A program made the position numbers and the translations under genes. The notes under the pieces were generated by a model. The model saw nothing but the letters and a program-made list of their open reading frames with translations, made no database searches and had not been told where the DNA came from. A DNA stretch of 64,000 nt from Vicinamibacteria bacterium (GTDB lineage: Bacteria; Acidobacteriota; Vicinamibacteria; Vicinamibacterales; JAENWD01), in contig CAVUPP010000010.1 in assembly GCA_963743245.1 (NCBI GenBank), positions 128,910 through 192,909 of the forward strand. The letters run 5' to 3'. Below, piece after piece: positions 44,800 to 56,087 of this stretch; the stretch's first letter is position 1, and each line of letters starts with the position of its first letter.

Positions 44800-45960
44800 T
44801 TGGCAATTTCTTTCAGGGCTACCAGACGACTGTGGCCGATCCACGCCGCCGCCGTTCTTCTCTTCCTGGGCGGCATCGCTCGTTTCTACGACGAGACAGG
44901 CTTCACGCGTCTCATCGAATTCAGCCAGCCCTCGAACGCCACGATCGTCCCGGCGCTTGCCAGCCTGCCGAAGTACGTCGGCCGCCGGGGATACGACGGA
45001 CAGTTCTACGTTCAGATGGCCGTGGATCCGCTGCTCCGCGACCCGCTGACCGATCGCGCCATGGACAAAGCACCGCTACGCGCCAGGCGCATCCTCTTCT
45101 GCTGGACCGCGTACGCGTTGGGTCTCGGACGACCCGCGTGGATCATGCAGGCCTATGCACTGCAGAACGTCGCCGCCTGGCTGCTGCTGGCCATCATCCT
45201 CCTGCGATGGTTTCCGCCGGACAGCGTGCGCGCAACTGCCGCATGGCTCGCCTGCCTCTTCTCCGCTGGTCTCATCTGGTCCGCGCGGGCATCGCTGCTC
45301 GATGGTCCCAGCCTCGCCTTGATAGCCATCGGCATCGCGGCGCTCGAGGCCGGGTGGCCATGGATCTCGGCGGCCGTTTTCGCGATCGCCGGCCTCGGAC
45401 GCGAAACCAACCTGCTCACGATCGCCGCGCAGGTGCAGCCGGACCGGAAAGCGTGGCGGTCCATGGCGCTGCAGTGCATCCTGATCCTGATCCCCTTCGC
45501 CGTGTGGCTCGACTACATCCGCTCGATCTATCGCAGCACGGTCTTCACGACCGGCGAGATGGCGAGCGCGCCGCTTGCAGGCTATCTCGGGAAGTGGGAG
45601 TGGATCGCGGCCACCGTGCGTGCGGGTGACGCAGACCTTGGGACGTTCTTCAGCACCGCAACGATATTCGCACTGACATTGCAGGCGATCCTGCTCGCTG
45701 CACGCCCGACGCCACGGGATCCCTGGTGGAGGCTTGGCATCGCGTACGGTCTGCTGATGTTCACGTTGCCGCCGGTGCTCTGGGGCGGTGCGCTCACGAC
45801 CGTGGTGCGCGTCGTGCTGCCGATGACGGTGGCATTCAACATCGCGCTCGTCCGGCGTAACTCACCACGATCGTTCTGGCCGCTGTTCGCAGCCGGCAAT
45901 CTGACGGTGCTGCAGGGGACATTCATCCTTGCGCCAACGCTCTGGCGATGGTTCCGATGA
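44800..45960 (+). CDS. Hypothetical polytopic membrane protein
   Basis: Track ORF, 386 aa (TTG start), with about 9-10 hydrophobic segments. No family was recognised, though a glycosyltransferase-C-like topology is possible. Confidence 0.55.
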   Translation: MAISFRATRRLWPIHAAAVLLFLGGIARFYDETGFTRLIEFSQPSNATIVPALASLPKYVGRRGYDGQFYVQMAVDPLLRDPLTDRAMDKAPLRARRILFCWTAYALGLGRPAWIMQAYALQNVAAWLLLAIILLRWFPPDSVRATAAWLACLFSAGLIWSARASLLDGPSLALIAIGIAALEAGWPWISAAVFAIAGLGRETNLLTIAAQVQPDRKAWRSMALQCILILIPFAVWLDYIRSIYRSTVFTTGEMASAPLAGYLGKWEWIAATVRAGDADLGTFFSTATIFALTLQAILLAARPTPRDPWWRLGIAYGLLMFTLPPVLWGGALTTVVRVVLPMTVAFNIALVRRNSPRSFWPLFAAGNLTVLQGTFILAPTLWRWFR

Positions 45961-46514
45961 CGGCGTCGCGCCACATCCGCCTCGCCCTCGTGCTCGCCGG
46001 CATCGCGCTGGTGCTGTCGGCATGCCGCGACAGCCCTCGCGGATCGAAGTCGATCGACCTGATGACCCTCGTCGGACGCGCCGAGGTCCGCCCGTCGCGG
46101 GACGCGGTTCAGGCAACGATCGTGACGGTGGGCGGTGTGAGCCGTCGTGTACTGACGACGACGGGCGCAGCAAGAGTGACGTGGACGTTACGGATCCCTG
46201 CGCGGACATCGCTCCACGCGTCGGTTGCCGTCGTACCCGCGCCCGGTCTGGATTCCGATTCGGCGGCTGTCTTCCGGGTGGGCGTCGCCGACGATCGGAT
46301 CTATGAGGAATTGATGATGCGGCGCCTCGCTCCGGGCGAAACGGCTGGCGATCGCTCGTGGATTCCGATCGAGGTCGATCTGGGTCGGTACAGCGGCTTT
46401 CAGTGGAGTCTCTTCTACCGGCCTGGCGGTCGCACCTGGAAGCTGATTCTGAATACGGCCACGATCGGACGAGGAACGGCGGTGTGGGCGGAGCCGACGA
46501 TTCAGGGCGGATGA
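45957..46514 (+). CDS. Hypothetical lipoprotein
   Basis: Track ORF 45948..46514. The ATG at 45957 overlaps the upstream stop (ATGA). The lipobox is LAGIALVLSAC. Confidence 0.55.
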   Translation: MTASRHIRLALVLAGIALVLSACRDSPRGSKSIDLMTLVGRAEVRPSRDAVQATIVTVGGVSRRVLTTTGAARVTWTLRIPARTSLHASVAVVPAPGLDSDSAAVFRVGVADDRIYEELMMRRLAPGETAGDRSWIPIEVDLGRYSGFQWSLFYRPGGRTWKLILNTATIGRGTAVWAEPTIQGG

Positions 46515-46556
46515 TGGACGGACTGACGGTCCACGGTCTACAGTCTGCGATCCAAG

Positions 46557-48044
46557 GTGCCTTCTCCACCCGCGCACAATCGTTCGATCAGATCCCGGAT
46601 CAGCACCTGGACGCTGAGACTCCTTCTCGTCGTCGCCACGATCCTGGCGACGCTCGTTATCGGCGGCGGACTCGATGCACGGCGGCGCCATCCCGAGTTG
46701 AAGCCGTGGCATCGCCTGGTGCCGTCCGACGAGATGACGGCGGCGGACATTACGGACGCTGTCACGCTCCCTGAGTATTTACGCCATGAAGCGGCCGTCT
46801 TCGCTCAAGTGCGGCGCGATGTGGAGCAGGGGCTTGCGGAGGCCGACCGCACGGCGACGAACCGCTACAATCCGGCGGGTGTGTCGAGTCCGTCGCGCCT
46901 GGCGCGGGACTACAACCGCACGTTCGAGTTGACGCCAGCCGAGGTCCGCGGCGGCGCGCTCCTCATCCATGGACTGACCGATTCGCCGTACTCGATGCGT
47001 GCGATCGCAGAATGCCTGCAATCCGCGGGCTACTACACGCTATCGCTGCGGATGCCAGGGCATGGAGGCGTGCCAGGTGGGTTGACGCGGGCCACATGGC
47101 AGGACTGGATCGCCGCCGTCCGTCTTGGCGCACGCCACGTGCGCGGCCGCATCGGACCGTCGAAGCCGCTGGTCCTGGTGGGATACTCGAACGGAGGCGC
47201 CCTGGCGGTGAAGTACGTGCTCGACCTGCTCGACGGGCGAAGGGATCCGCGGCCCGACCGGCTGCTGCTCGTGTCACCCATGATCGGCGTCACGCCGTTC
47301 GCACGCCTGTCGAGTGTCATCAGCGCGCTCTCGCCGATCCCCTATTTCGACCGCGCTGCGTGGCTCGACGTGCTGCCCGAATACAACCCGTTCAAGTTCA
47401 ACTCCTTCCCGGCCAACGCGGCACGGCAGACCTACGATCTGACACGTGCAATCGCGGACGCGTTCAATCGCCATCGGACAGGTGGCGGGCTCGCACACTT
47501 CCCTCCCGTCCTGACCTTCCAATCACTCGTGGACGCGACCGTCAGTACAGACGCCGTCGTGCACACGTTGTATGCGTCGCTGCCGCCGAACGGCAGCGAA
47601 CTCGTCCTGTTCGATCTGAACCGCTCGGCGCATCTCGATCCGTTCATCCGGCCGTCGGATCGCGCGCTGCTCGGGACACTCTTCGATCGTGCCGCGTCGC
47701 GCGCCTATACGGTGACCGTGCTCAGCAACGTGTCGAGTTCCACGGCGGAAGTCGCCGAGTGGCGCGTGACGGCCGGGACGACGACGGTGGTGACGCGACC
47801 GCTTGGGCTAGCGTGGCCCGGCGATGTGTTCTCGCTCTCGCACATCGCGATGCCGTTTCGCGCGGACGATCCCGTCTTTGGCGTCGCCGCACCACAGACA
47901 CCAGACGGCCCAATCCGCCTGGGCATCCTCGCACCGCGCGGAGAGCGCTCGGTGTTGACCGTGCCAATCGATACGTTGATGCGCGTGTCGTACAACCCCT
48001 TCTTCACCTACGTCGATCAGCGGACTCGAGAATTTGTCCGCTGA
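46557..48044 (+). CDS. Membrane-anchored alpha/beta-fold hydrolase (lysophospholipase-like)
   Basis: Track ORF, 495 aa, with an N-terminal TM (LRLLLVVATILATLVIGGG). LLIHGLTDSPYSM and the nucleophile elbow GYSNGG are present. Confidence 0.7.
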   Translation: MPSPPAHNRSIRSRISTWTLRLLLVVATILATLVIGGGLDARRRHPELKPWHRLVPSDEMTAADITDAVTLPEYLRHEAAVFAQVRRDVEQGLAEADRTATNRYNPAGVSSPSRLARDYNRTFELTPAEVRGGALLIHGLTDSPYSMRAIAECLQSAGYYTLSLRMPGHGGVPGGLTRATWQDWIAAVRLGARHVRGRIGPSKPLVLVGYSNGGALAVKYVLDLLDGRRDPRPDRLLLVSPMIGVTPFARLSSVISALSPIPYFDRAAWLDVLPEYNPFKFNSFPANAARQTYDLTRAIADAFNRHRTGGGLAHFPPVLTFQSLVDATVSTDAVVHTLYASLPPNGSELVLFDLNRSAHLDPFIRPSDRALLGTLFDRAASRAYTVTVLSNVSSSTAEVAEWRVTAGTTTVVTRPLGLAWPGDVFSLSHIAMPFRADDPVFGVAAPQTPDGPIRLGILAPRGERSVLTVPIDTLMRVSYNPFFTYVDQRTREFVR

Positions 48045-48086
48045 CGATGGTCGAAGGGGTCAAAGAGTCACAAGGGTCGAACAGCC

Positions 48087-48461
48087 ATGACTCGCTTTGA
48101 AAACTCAGCGCCGATTCTGCGCGTGGCAGACATGGCGGCAAGCGTGCGGTACTACGTCGATGTGCTCGGATTCAGGAATGCCGATTGGGGTGACAACGAC
48201 TTCACGTCGCTCAATCGCGACAGAGCAGGCATCTATCTCTGTCGTGGAGCGCAGGGACATCCGGGCACGTGGGCGTGGATTGGCGTCGAGGACGTGCAGG
48301 CACTGTACCAGGAATACCGCACGCGGGGCGCGAAGGTTCGTCACGCCCCACGGAACTATCCCTGGGCGCTCGAAATGCACGTCGAGGATCCCGACGGGCA
48401 CGTGCTCCGTTTCGGGTCAGAACCACTTCACGATCGTCCGTACGACACCTGGGAGGATTGA
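48087..48461 (+). CDS. VOC-family (glyoxalase/bleomycin-resistance) protein
   Basis: Track ORF, 124 aa. ILRVADMAASVRYYVDVLGF and EMHVEDPDGHVLRFG are typical of the family. Confidence 0.8.
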   Translation: MTRFENSAPILRVADMAASVRYYVDVLGFRNADWGDNDFTSLNRDRAGIYLCRGAQGHPGTWAWIGVEDVQALYQEYRTRGAKVRHAPRNYPWALEMHVEDPDGHVLRFGSEPLHDRPYDTWED

Positions 48462-48625
48462 GGCGGGCTGACGCCTGGCGCCGTTGAATTTGAAGGGAAG
48501 TGAAGGCGAGGGAGGCGGAAGGGACCCGCATGGTCGATGCGTCCTTCCTGTATTCAGTATCTCGCACGAGCGATCTACGTTCAAGACTGTTTCTTGCGGC
48601 CAGGGGCCGGTATCATCGCCGACCC

Positions 48626-50219
48626 ATGCCTGAGGACCGCACACGCCACGATGTCCTCGTCCGCATCGCCGACAATCCACAACTCGCGCGCGCCGTGCCG
48701 GACCTGCGGCCCGAGGTTCTGCACGCCGTGATCGCGCACTACGGCCTTCAAGACTGCGGTGAGCTGCTGGCCCTGGCCACTCCGGCACAGCTCTCGGCTG
48801 TCTTCGATCTCGACCTCTGGAAACCCACTCGCGCCGGTGCCGACGAGCAGTTCGACGCGGCGCGCTTCCTGGAATGGCTCGAAGTGCTGGTCGACGCCGA
48901 CTCGGTAATGGCCGCCGCACGGCTGGCCAGCATGGACGCATCGCTCGTCGCTGCCGGATTGTCGCCGTACCTGACGGTGTGGGATCCCGCGGTGTTCGAG
49001 CCCACGGACGAGCCGAGTAGCGCCGACCCGGTCTTGAACGCAGGCCGCGAACGGGGGGTCCACGCCGAGATTGGCGGATACCTCGTGGTCGCGCGCCGGC
49101 TGGACACGTGGGATTCGATCGTCGAGGCATTGAGCACGCTCGCCGAACAGTGCCCAGACAGCTTTCATCGCGTGATGCGACACTGCCGAAGGTTGTCGAA
49201 CTCTGGACGGGAGCTCGATGGTCTCGACGATCTGCTGTCGGACGCGGAGCAGGTCCGCTTCGACCTGGCGGTGCACCGGGAGGAGCGCCGCGATCGGCTC
49301 GGCTTCCTCCCGCCGGACCAGGCTCGCGCGTTTCTCGACTCGGCGCGCGTCACGAACGTCGCGGCGGAGCCAGAGCGACACCAGGTGTTCGCGGGGTATC
49401 AACGCTCGCAGATGACGAGCGAGACAGAGATGCGTCCAGCCGCGATCCCTGGTGAGACGCTCGCTGACGGACTGGCCCGCGACCAGGTGTCGGCGGTGGA
49501 GAGCGTCATCGAGATGCTGCGCGGCGCCGGTGTGCTGGCGGATGCGCCGCGTCTGCTCCTGCCCGCCGCGCAGGAGGAGCGATCCGCCGCGAATGCGGCA
49601 CTGACCCGCTATCTGCAGCACGTCGGAGAATCCGAGGACGACGGGTGGATCGCGCGACATCAGGAACTGGCGTTCCTCGCGAACGCGCTGATGTCGGGAT
49701 GCTCGGTGCAGGCGCGGCCGTTTTCGCACCGCGAGGCCATGGACGCCGTCGCGGCAACATGCAATCTCGGTCTCGAGTACTGGCCTCCCGCCTGGCGTCC
49801 CTCGTCTGAACACACTCTCGTGACGGTGTTTCAGATCGGTTGGACCGTCCTGCACCGCGAGGTGTCGATGGCCACAGCCGAACAAATCCTCGAAGCGCTG
49901 GATAACGTACGGGTCCAGCGATCAGGACGTGCAGTTTGAGCTGCACGTGCTCCGACGGGAGCTGCGCAAACAGAAGCAGGGAGGTACGCCGTGGCGGGCT
50001 CGCGACCGCCTCGAGGTGCTCGCCTCTCTCGATCTGCCGGCGTGGGCGGCCCTGACGGCGCTCCTGGACGAGTGTCCCGTGATGCTATCGAATGTGAGTC
50101 GGTCGGGCAGCCGCCGGCCGCACAGGGTAGATCCATCCGAGTTCCAGTTCATCGCGAACACGGGTCATGTCACCGCGGTCCACGAATTTCTTCGGTCGCT
50201 GGTCGAGCTGCTGACATAG
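48626..50219 (+). pseudogene. Conserved hypothetical helical protein, frame broken near 49922
   Basis: ATG at 48626 within track ORF 48500..49939. After ...LDNVRVQR the +1 frame (track 49929..50219) continues QDVQFELHVLRRELRKQKQGGTPWRARDRLEVLASLDLPAWAALTALLDECPVML...HEFLRSL. The two parts look like one protein, and I cannot assign a family with confidence. Confidence 0.55.
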
Positions 50220-50251
50220 TGGCCTAGAATCCCCGGGGACTACGGTTCACG

Positions 50252-51597
50252 ATGCTCGCCAACACCACTCGCGCGTCACCGCTTCAGGCAGCCGGACCCT
50301 CGGTGGCGACCGGTCGCGCGGCCGGATTCGCGTGCATGGTGGGCGCTGGTGATTCTCTGCTTCGTGTACGTTCTGAACTTCCTGGATCGGCAGCTCCTGT
50401 CGATTCTCGCCAAACCGATCCAGGACGAACTCGGCGTCACGGACGGACAGCTTGGGTTGATCAGCGGGCTCTATTTCGCGCTCTTCTACAGCCTGCTCGC
50501 GATTCCTGTCGGCTGGCTCGCGGATCGATCCAACCGGGTGCGCGTCCTGTCTATCGCGTGCGCGTTGTGGAGCGCAGCCACCGTGGCCTGCGGGCTCTCG
50601 TCCACCTACCCGCAGCTGGCGGCGGCACGGATGTCGGTTGGCGTTGGCGAAGCCGGGGGCGTCCCGCCCTCCTACGCCATCATCTCCGACTACTTTCCGC
50701 CCGGAATGCGTGGAATGGCGCTGGCCCTCTTCAACTTCGGGCCGCCACTCGGGCAGGCGCTTGGCGTCGCGTTCGGTGCGTCCATTGCAGCCGCCTACAG
50801 CTGGCGTTCCGCGTTCGTGTCGCTCGGCATGGTCGGCGGCGTCGCCGCGGTGGTCGTCTGGCTGTTCGTACGCGAGCCTGTTCGCGGTGGATTGGATGCG
50901 CCGATTAGCGGCTCGGAGGCCGGCACCCAACCGCCGAAGGCGCCGTTCTGGGCGACGTGCCGCAAGTTCTTCATGCATCCGGTGCTTTTGCGTGTCTCAC
51001 TGGCGTGCGCCGCGACGCAGTTCATTACGTATGCCGCGCTGAACTTCACGACGCTCTTCCTGATGCGCGAGAAGGGCATGACGCTGCGCGAGATCGCGAT
51101 CTACTACTCGTTGGTCATCGGGATTCCGATCTGCGCCGGGATGTACGCCTCCGGGCGCCTGATCGATCGCCTGGCGCCGCGCTCGAAGGCCGCCTTCGCG
51201 TATCTGCCCGCAGCCGGTCTGGCCCTTGCCATCCCGTTCTTCATCGGGTTCATCTGGGCGCCCCATTGGCCGCTCGCGTTGGCGTTCCTCACGATGCCCA
51301 CCTTTCTCAACTATTTCTATCTCTCGCCCTCGGTCACGCTCGTGCAGCAAGAGGTGCAGCCGCATGAACGCGTGCTCGCCGGCGCGTTGCTGTTGCTGGT
51401 GATGAACCTGATCGGTCTCGGGCTGGGACCGACGTTCCTCGGGCGCCATGAGCGATCTGTTCCGTCGCAGTCACCCCGCCCACTCGCTGCAGCTGGCGTT
51501 CTACACGCTCATACCGTTCTATGTGATCGCCGTGCTCAGCTTTCTCTGGCTGGCACGGGCGCTGAAAGAAGACGATCGACGCGGAGGCATCCTGTGA
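50252..51597 (+). pseudogene. MFS transporter (Spinster-like), frame broken near 50333 and 51444
   Basis: The core is in track ORF 50349.. (FVYVLNFLDRQLLSILAKPIQDELG, LADRSNRVRVL). TM1 is truncated unless the frame of the ATG at 50252 (MLANTTRA...RAAGFA) joins at about 50333. After GPTFLG the +1 frame reads AMSDLFRRSHPAHSLQLAFYTLIPFYVIAVLSFLWLARALKEDDRRGGIL, with a stop at 51595-51597. Confidence 0.75.
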
Positions 51598-53231
51598 CTT
51601 CGTTGCCCAATGGCGCCGCGTTGGTCGTCGTGTGTTGCCTGTTGCTGCCAATGGGTGCGCAGTCACCTTCCATTGTCGATGCGCCGGCAGGGCGCGTGCG
51701 CGGCGATACCGTCGGCACGGTCCGGGTCTTCAAGGGCATTCCCTACGCGCTTCCACCGACAGGCTCGCAGCGTTGGAAACCGCCGCAGCCGATGCCGAAG
51801 TGGAAGGGGACGCGCGATGCCACGGCATTTGGTCCGGCGTGCATTCAGCCCAAGCCGAGGCCGGGCAGCATCTACGCCTGGGATCTGCCCTCGACCAGCG
51901 AGGATTGCCTGTTCCTCAACATCTGGGCGCCCGCCAAGGCGCGGCATGCGCCGGTGTTCGTGTGGATTCACGGCGGCTCGCTCGTGGCGGGTTCCGGCGG
52001 CGACACGCTCTACGACGGATCCCGTCTTGCCGAGCACGGGGTGATCGTCGTGACGATCAACTACCGCCTCGGAGTGCTGGGCTATCTCGCGCATCCGGCG
52101 CTGAGTGCAGAGTCGCCGCAGAACGTCTCGGGCAACTACGGGCTGCTCGATCAGATTGAGGCGCTGAGGTGGGTGAAGCGGAACATCGCGGCCTTCGGCG
52201 GTGACGCGGCCAACGTGACAGTCGCCGGTGAATCCGCCGGCGGCCTGAGCGTGATGTACCTGATGGCCGCGCCCGATGCGCGCGGGCTCTTCGCGAAGGC
52301 CATCGCACAAAGTGCCTACATGATCTCGACTCCTGAGTTGAGGAGCACGACGTTTGGCGATTTTACCGCCGAAGCGATTGGCGAGTGGGTCGCTGGCAAG
52401 GTCGGCGCGACCGACCTGGCCGGCTTGCGCGCGATGGACGCGGTCGCGATCACGACCACGGCTGCGACCGCTGGGTACACGCCGCTTGGGACTGTCGATG
52501 GGCACGTATTGCCGCGGCAGCTCGTCGAGGTGTTCGATCGCGGCGAGCAGGCCAAGGTGCCCATTCTCGCGGGGTTCAATAACGGCGAGATCCGTTCGCT
52601 TCGTTTCCTTCTGCCGCCGGCGCCGGCTGACGCGGCGACCTATGAGAAGGAGATTCGCGCGCGCTACCTGGATCAGGCGGACGCCTTTCTCGAGCGATAT
52701 CCCTCGAGCAACGTGCCGGAGAGCATGCTCGCTACGACGCGCGACGCAATGTATGGCTGGACCGCCGAGCGACTGGTGGCCAAGCAGACGGCGGCTGGCG
52801 CGCCATCGTTCCTGTACTACTTCGATCATGGCTACCCCGTTGCCGACAACGCGGGGCTGCACGCCTTTCATGCGAGTGAGCTTCCGTACGTCTTCGGGAC
52901 TGCGGCCAGGACGCCGCCGCGATGGCCAGCCGTGCCTTCAACGCCTGTGGAGACAGCGCTCGCCGACGCGATGATCGGCTACTGGGCCGCATTCGCGCGA
53001 GACGGCGTGCCGACCGCCGCCGAAAAACCACCGTGGCCTGCCTACGGCACCAGTCGTTCCTACATGGCCTTCGAAGACGAACCGCGGCCGAAGACGAACC
53101 TGCTTCCAGGCATGTACGAGCTCGTCGAACGGGTCGTGTGCAGACGCCGCGCCGCCGGCCACATCCCGTGGCACTGGAATGTCGGCGTCGTTTCTCCGCC
53201 ACTGCCCGCCGACGTGCCGCAGTGCCACTGA
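51594..53231 (+). CDS. Exported type-B carboxylesterase/lipase family protein
   Basis: The GTG at 51594 overlaps the MFS stop (GTGA). Signal VTSLPNGAALVVVCCLLLPMGAQS, then EDCLFLNIW, VWIHGG and the nucleophile motif GESAGG. Confidence 0.85.
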   Translation: MTSLPNGAALVVVCCLLLPMGAQSPSIVDAPAGRVRGDTVGTVRVFKGIPYALPPTGSQRWKPPQPMPKWKGTRDATAFGPACIQPKPRPGSIYAWDLPSTSEDCLFLNIWAPAKARHAPVFVWIHGGSLVAGSGGDTLYDGSRLAEHGVIVVTINYRLGVLGYLAHPALSAESPQNVSGNYGLLDQIEALRWVKRNIAAFGGDAANVTVAGESAGGLSVMYLMAAPDARGLFAKAIAQSAYMISTPELRSTTFGDFTAEAIGEWVAGKVGATDLAGLRAMDAVAITTTAATAGYTPLGTVDGHVLPRQLVEVFDRGEQAKVPILAGFNNGEIRSLRFLLPPAPADAATYEKEIRARYLDQADAFLERYPSSNVPESMLATTRDAMYGWTAERLVAKQTAAGAPSFLYYFDHGYPVADNAGLHAFHASELPYVFGTAARTPPRWPAVPSTPVETALADAMIGYWAAFARDGVPTAAEKPPWPAYGTSRSYMAFEDEPRPKTNLLPGMYELVERVVCRRRAAGHIPWHWNVGVVSPPLPADVPQCH

Positions 53232-53303
53232 CCCGATTGGGGTCGGGATGAGTTTCAGTTTCCGCCATACGCACGCGATGACCACCGTGCAGAATGGGGA
53301 TCA

Positions 53304-54183
53304 ATGACACATTCGATCAAAGACCGCGTGGCGATCGTCACGGGAGCGGGCGGCGGGCTCGGCCGCGAGCACGCGCTGTTCCTGGCGCGCAAGGGCGCGC
53401 GGGTTGTCGTCAACGATGTCGCGCGAGAGGCGGCCGAAGCCGTCGCCACCGAAATCGCCGCGTCAGGCGGCGTCGCGAAGGCATTCGCCGCTTCCGTGAC
53501 CGACGAATCCAGCGATTGCCGCGATGGTCGCCCGCACGCGTTCGGACTGGGGGCGCATCGACATCCTCGTGAACAACGCAGGCATCCTGCGCGACAAGAG
53601 CTTTGCCAAGATGAGCCTTGATGACTTCCGGCTCGTCGTCGATGTGCATCTCATGGGGTCGGTGATCTGCACCAAGGCGGTCTGGGACTGCATGCGCGAG
53701 CAGCGGCACGGACGCATCGTCATGACGACCTCGTCGTCTGGTCTCTACGGCAACTTCGGGCAGGCCAATTACAGTGCGGCGAAGATGGCGCTCGTTGGCC
53801 TCATGCAGACGCTCGCCATCGAAGGCGAGAAATACGGCATTTGTGTGAATTGCCTGGCGCCCTCGGCGGCGACGCAGATGACGCAGGGCGTATTGCCGGA
53901 CGCCAGCCTGCAATTGCTGGCTCCGGCACTCGTGAGCCCCGTGCTGCTCGGGCTCGTGTGCGACGATGCACCGACTCGAGCGATCGTGTGCGCGGGCGGA
54001 GGCCACGTCGCTCGCGCGAGCGTCACGCTGTCGCAGGGCTGCTATGTGGGCGGCGGAGACGAAGCGGATGAGCGCGTGATCGAAAAGTGGCCGGCAATAT
54101 CCGACCGCACGGACGAGATCGTGCCCGCGTATGGATTCATCCAGGCCGAGCGTGAGGTGGCCAGCGCGCAGGTGACGCGATGA
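53304..54183 (+). pseudogene. SDR-family 3-hydroxyacyl-CoA dehydrogenase-like oxidoreductase, frame broken near 53511
   Basis: Track ORF 53304..53621 gives [30 protein letters not shown] up to ...SVTDES. The +1 frame (track 53524..54183) continues [24 protein letters not shown]...YGNFGQANYSAAKMAL (catalytic YxxxK). Confidence 0.85.
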
Positions 54184-55357
54184 TGCGCGAGGCGGTGATC
54201 GTGTCCACCGCGCGGACGCCGATTGGACGCGCGTATCGCGGAGCCTTCAACGAGACGCCGGCGCCCACGCTCGCGGCCTTCGCCCTGAAGGCGGCAATCG
54301 CCCGCGCCGGAGTGGCGCCTGCTGAAGTCGAGGATTGCCTGCTCGGCTGCTCATTGCCCCAGGGCACACAACACACCATCGCCCGCATGGCGGCGCTTCG
54401 TGCGGGGTTGCCGGTGGAAGTGCCCGGCATGACGCTCGAGCGACAGTGTTCGTCGGGCCTCATGACCATCGCGACGGCCGCCAAACAGGTCATCGTCGAT
54501 CGCATGGATATCGTTGTCGCCGGCGGCGTCGAATCCATTTCGCTGGCGCAGACGGAAGCGCTTCGAATCGAGCTCGATCCTTCGCTGGTGGCTGACGCAT
54601 CCTGACGTCATCATGCCGATGATCGAGACGGCGGAAGTGGTCGCGGCGCGCTATGGCATCTCCCGCGAACAGTGCGATGCCTACGCGCTGTCTTCGCAGC
54701 AACGGACCGCGGCTGCCCAGGCGGCGAAGCGCTTTGACGCCGAACTCGTCCCGTGCAACGCGACCATGAAGCACGCTGGACAAGGTCAGCGGTGAGGTCA
54801 GCCGACGCGACGTGTCGCTCGCAACCGACGAAGGCGCACGTCCCGACACCACTCTTGCCGGCCTGGCGGCCTTGAAGCCGGTGTATACAGGCGGCACGGT
54901 CACCGCTGGAAATGCGAGTCAGCTCTCGGACGGCGCATCCGCTTGCGTCGTCATGGAAGCGCGAGTTGCGGCGCGGCGCGGACTCACGCCGCTCGGCCGA
55001 TACGTCGGCATGGCAGTGATCGGCACACGACCCGACGAGATGGGGATCGGCCCGGTGTTCGCCGTTCCGCGTCTGCTGGAGCGCTTCGGACTCGGCATGG
55101 ACGACATCGGACTCTGGGAATTGAATGAGGCGTTCGCTGTCCAGGTGATCTACTGCCGCGACCGGCTTGGCATACCCGACGATCGACTGAACGTGAACGG
55201 CGGCGCCATCTCGATCGGGCACCCGTACGGGATGTCGGGTGCACGACTGGTCGGGCACGCGCTCCTCGAGGGCCAGCGGCGCGGTGTGCGATACGTCGTC
55301 GTGACCATGTGCGTCGGTGGCGGCATGGGCGCGGCAGGGTTGTTCGAGGTTCTGTAA
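54180..55357 (+). pseudogene. Acetyl-CoA C-acyltransferase (thiolase), frame broken near 54597 and 54775
   Basis: Three successive +1-shifted track ORFs carry the protein. 54180.. gives the nucleophile Cys context LERQCSSGLM. 54514.. gives HPDVIMPMIETAEVVAARYGISREQCD. 54812..55357 gives [32 protein letters not shown] and CVGGGMG. The ATG overlaps the SDR stop (ATGA). Confidence 0.88.
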
Positions 55358-55460
55358 GCCAGCTTTCGTCTACGAATCCGCTTCGTCACTGACGAAGCGG
55401 CTCATCTGACCCGACCAGATCCGCTGCACGTGACTCTAATTGTGAAGAGACAAACGCGAC

Positions 55461-56087
55461 ATGCGGATCCGGACTCCCATCGTTATCGCCGCCATCGCCG
55501 CGGCGATCCTCTGCGTTCAGCCAGTTCTTTTTGGGCAAGAGGTCCAAGGTGATGCGGAAGCCGCCGCGCGACTGGTCGAGGTCTTGCTGATTCGACCAGG
55601 GAACACGGTGGCGGACATCGGTGCCGGGTCCGGTGAGCTGACCGCGCGGATCGCCAAGGCTGTGGGACCCGACGGCCGTGTCTACGCAACGGATGTGAAC
55701 CCGCAGCGGCTCGAAGACCTGCGGACTCTTGCACGCGGAAGCGACCCGAACATCGTGGTCGTCGAAGGAGCGCCGGCTCAGACGAACCTTCCCGACGCCT
55801 GCTGTGACGCGATCTACATGCGGCACGTGTATCACCACTTCGGCGATTCGGTGGCGATGAACACCAGCATCTATCGCGCGTTGAAGCCAGGCGGCAGGCT
55901 TGCCATCGTCGACTTCGCGCCGCGGACCGGCAAGAGCGCCGCGGCCGGCCACCGCACGAGCGGCGACGAGCACGGCGTGATGCAGGACACCGTGATCCAC
56001 GAGCTCGCCGCGGCGCGCTTCACTCGCACTCGCGCAGCCGACTGGCCGTTGTCTGGCTCGTTCCTCGTCATTGGGGAACGTCCATGA
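55461..56087 (+). CDS. Class I SAM-dependent methyltransferase with an N-terminal signal/anchor
   Basis: Track ORF, 208 aa, with motif I VADIGAGSGELT and the post-I motif VYATDV. The hydrophobic N-terminus is IVIAAIAAAILCV. Confidence 0.75.
   Translation: MRIRTPIVIAAIAAAILCVQPVLFGQEVQGDAEAAARLVEVLLIRPGNTVADIGAGSGELTARIAKAVGPDGRVYATDVNPQRLEDLRTLARGSDPNIVVVEGAPAQTNLPDACCDAIYMRHVYHHFGDSVAMNTSIYRALKPGGRLAIVDFAPRTGKSAAAGHRTSGDEHGVMQDTVIHELAAARFTRTRAADWPLSGSFLVIGERP

Noticed and set aside
50349-53231. A 960-aa ORF that looks like an MFS transporter fused to a carboxylesterase
   Set aside because: After GPTFLG the shared frame reads about 50 aa of nonsense (RHERSVPSQSPRPLAAAG...). The +1 frame holds a proper MFS C-terminus ending at 51597. 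The esterase has its own GTG start and signal peptide at 51594. The fusion is an artefact of the frame break near 51444.
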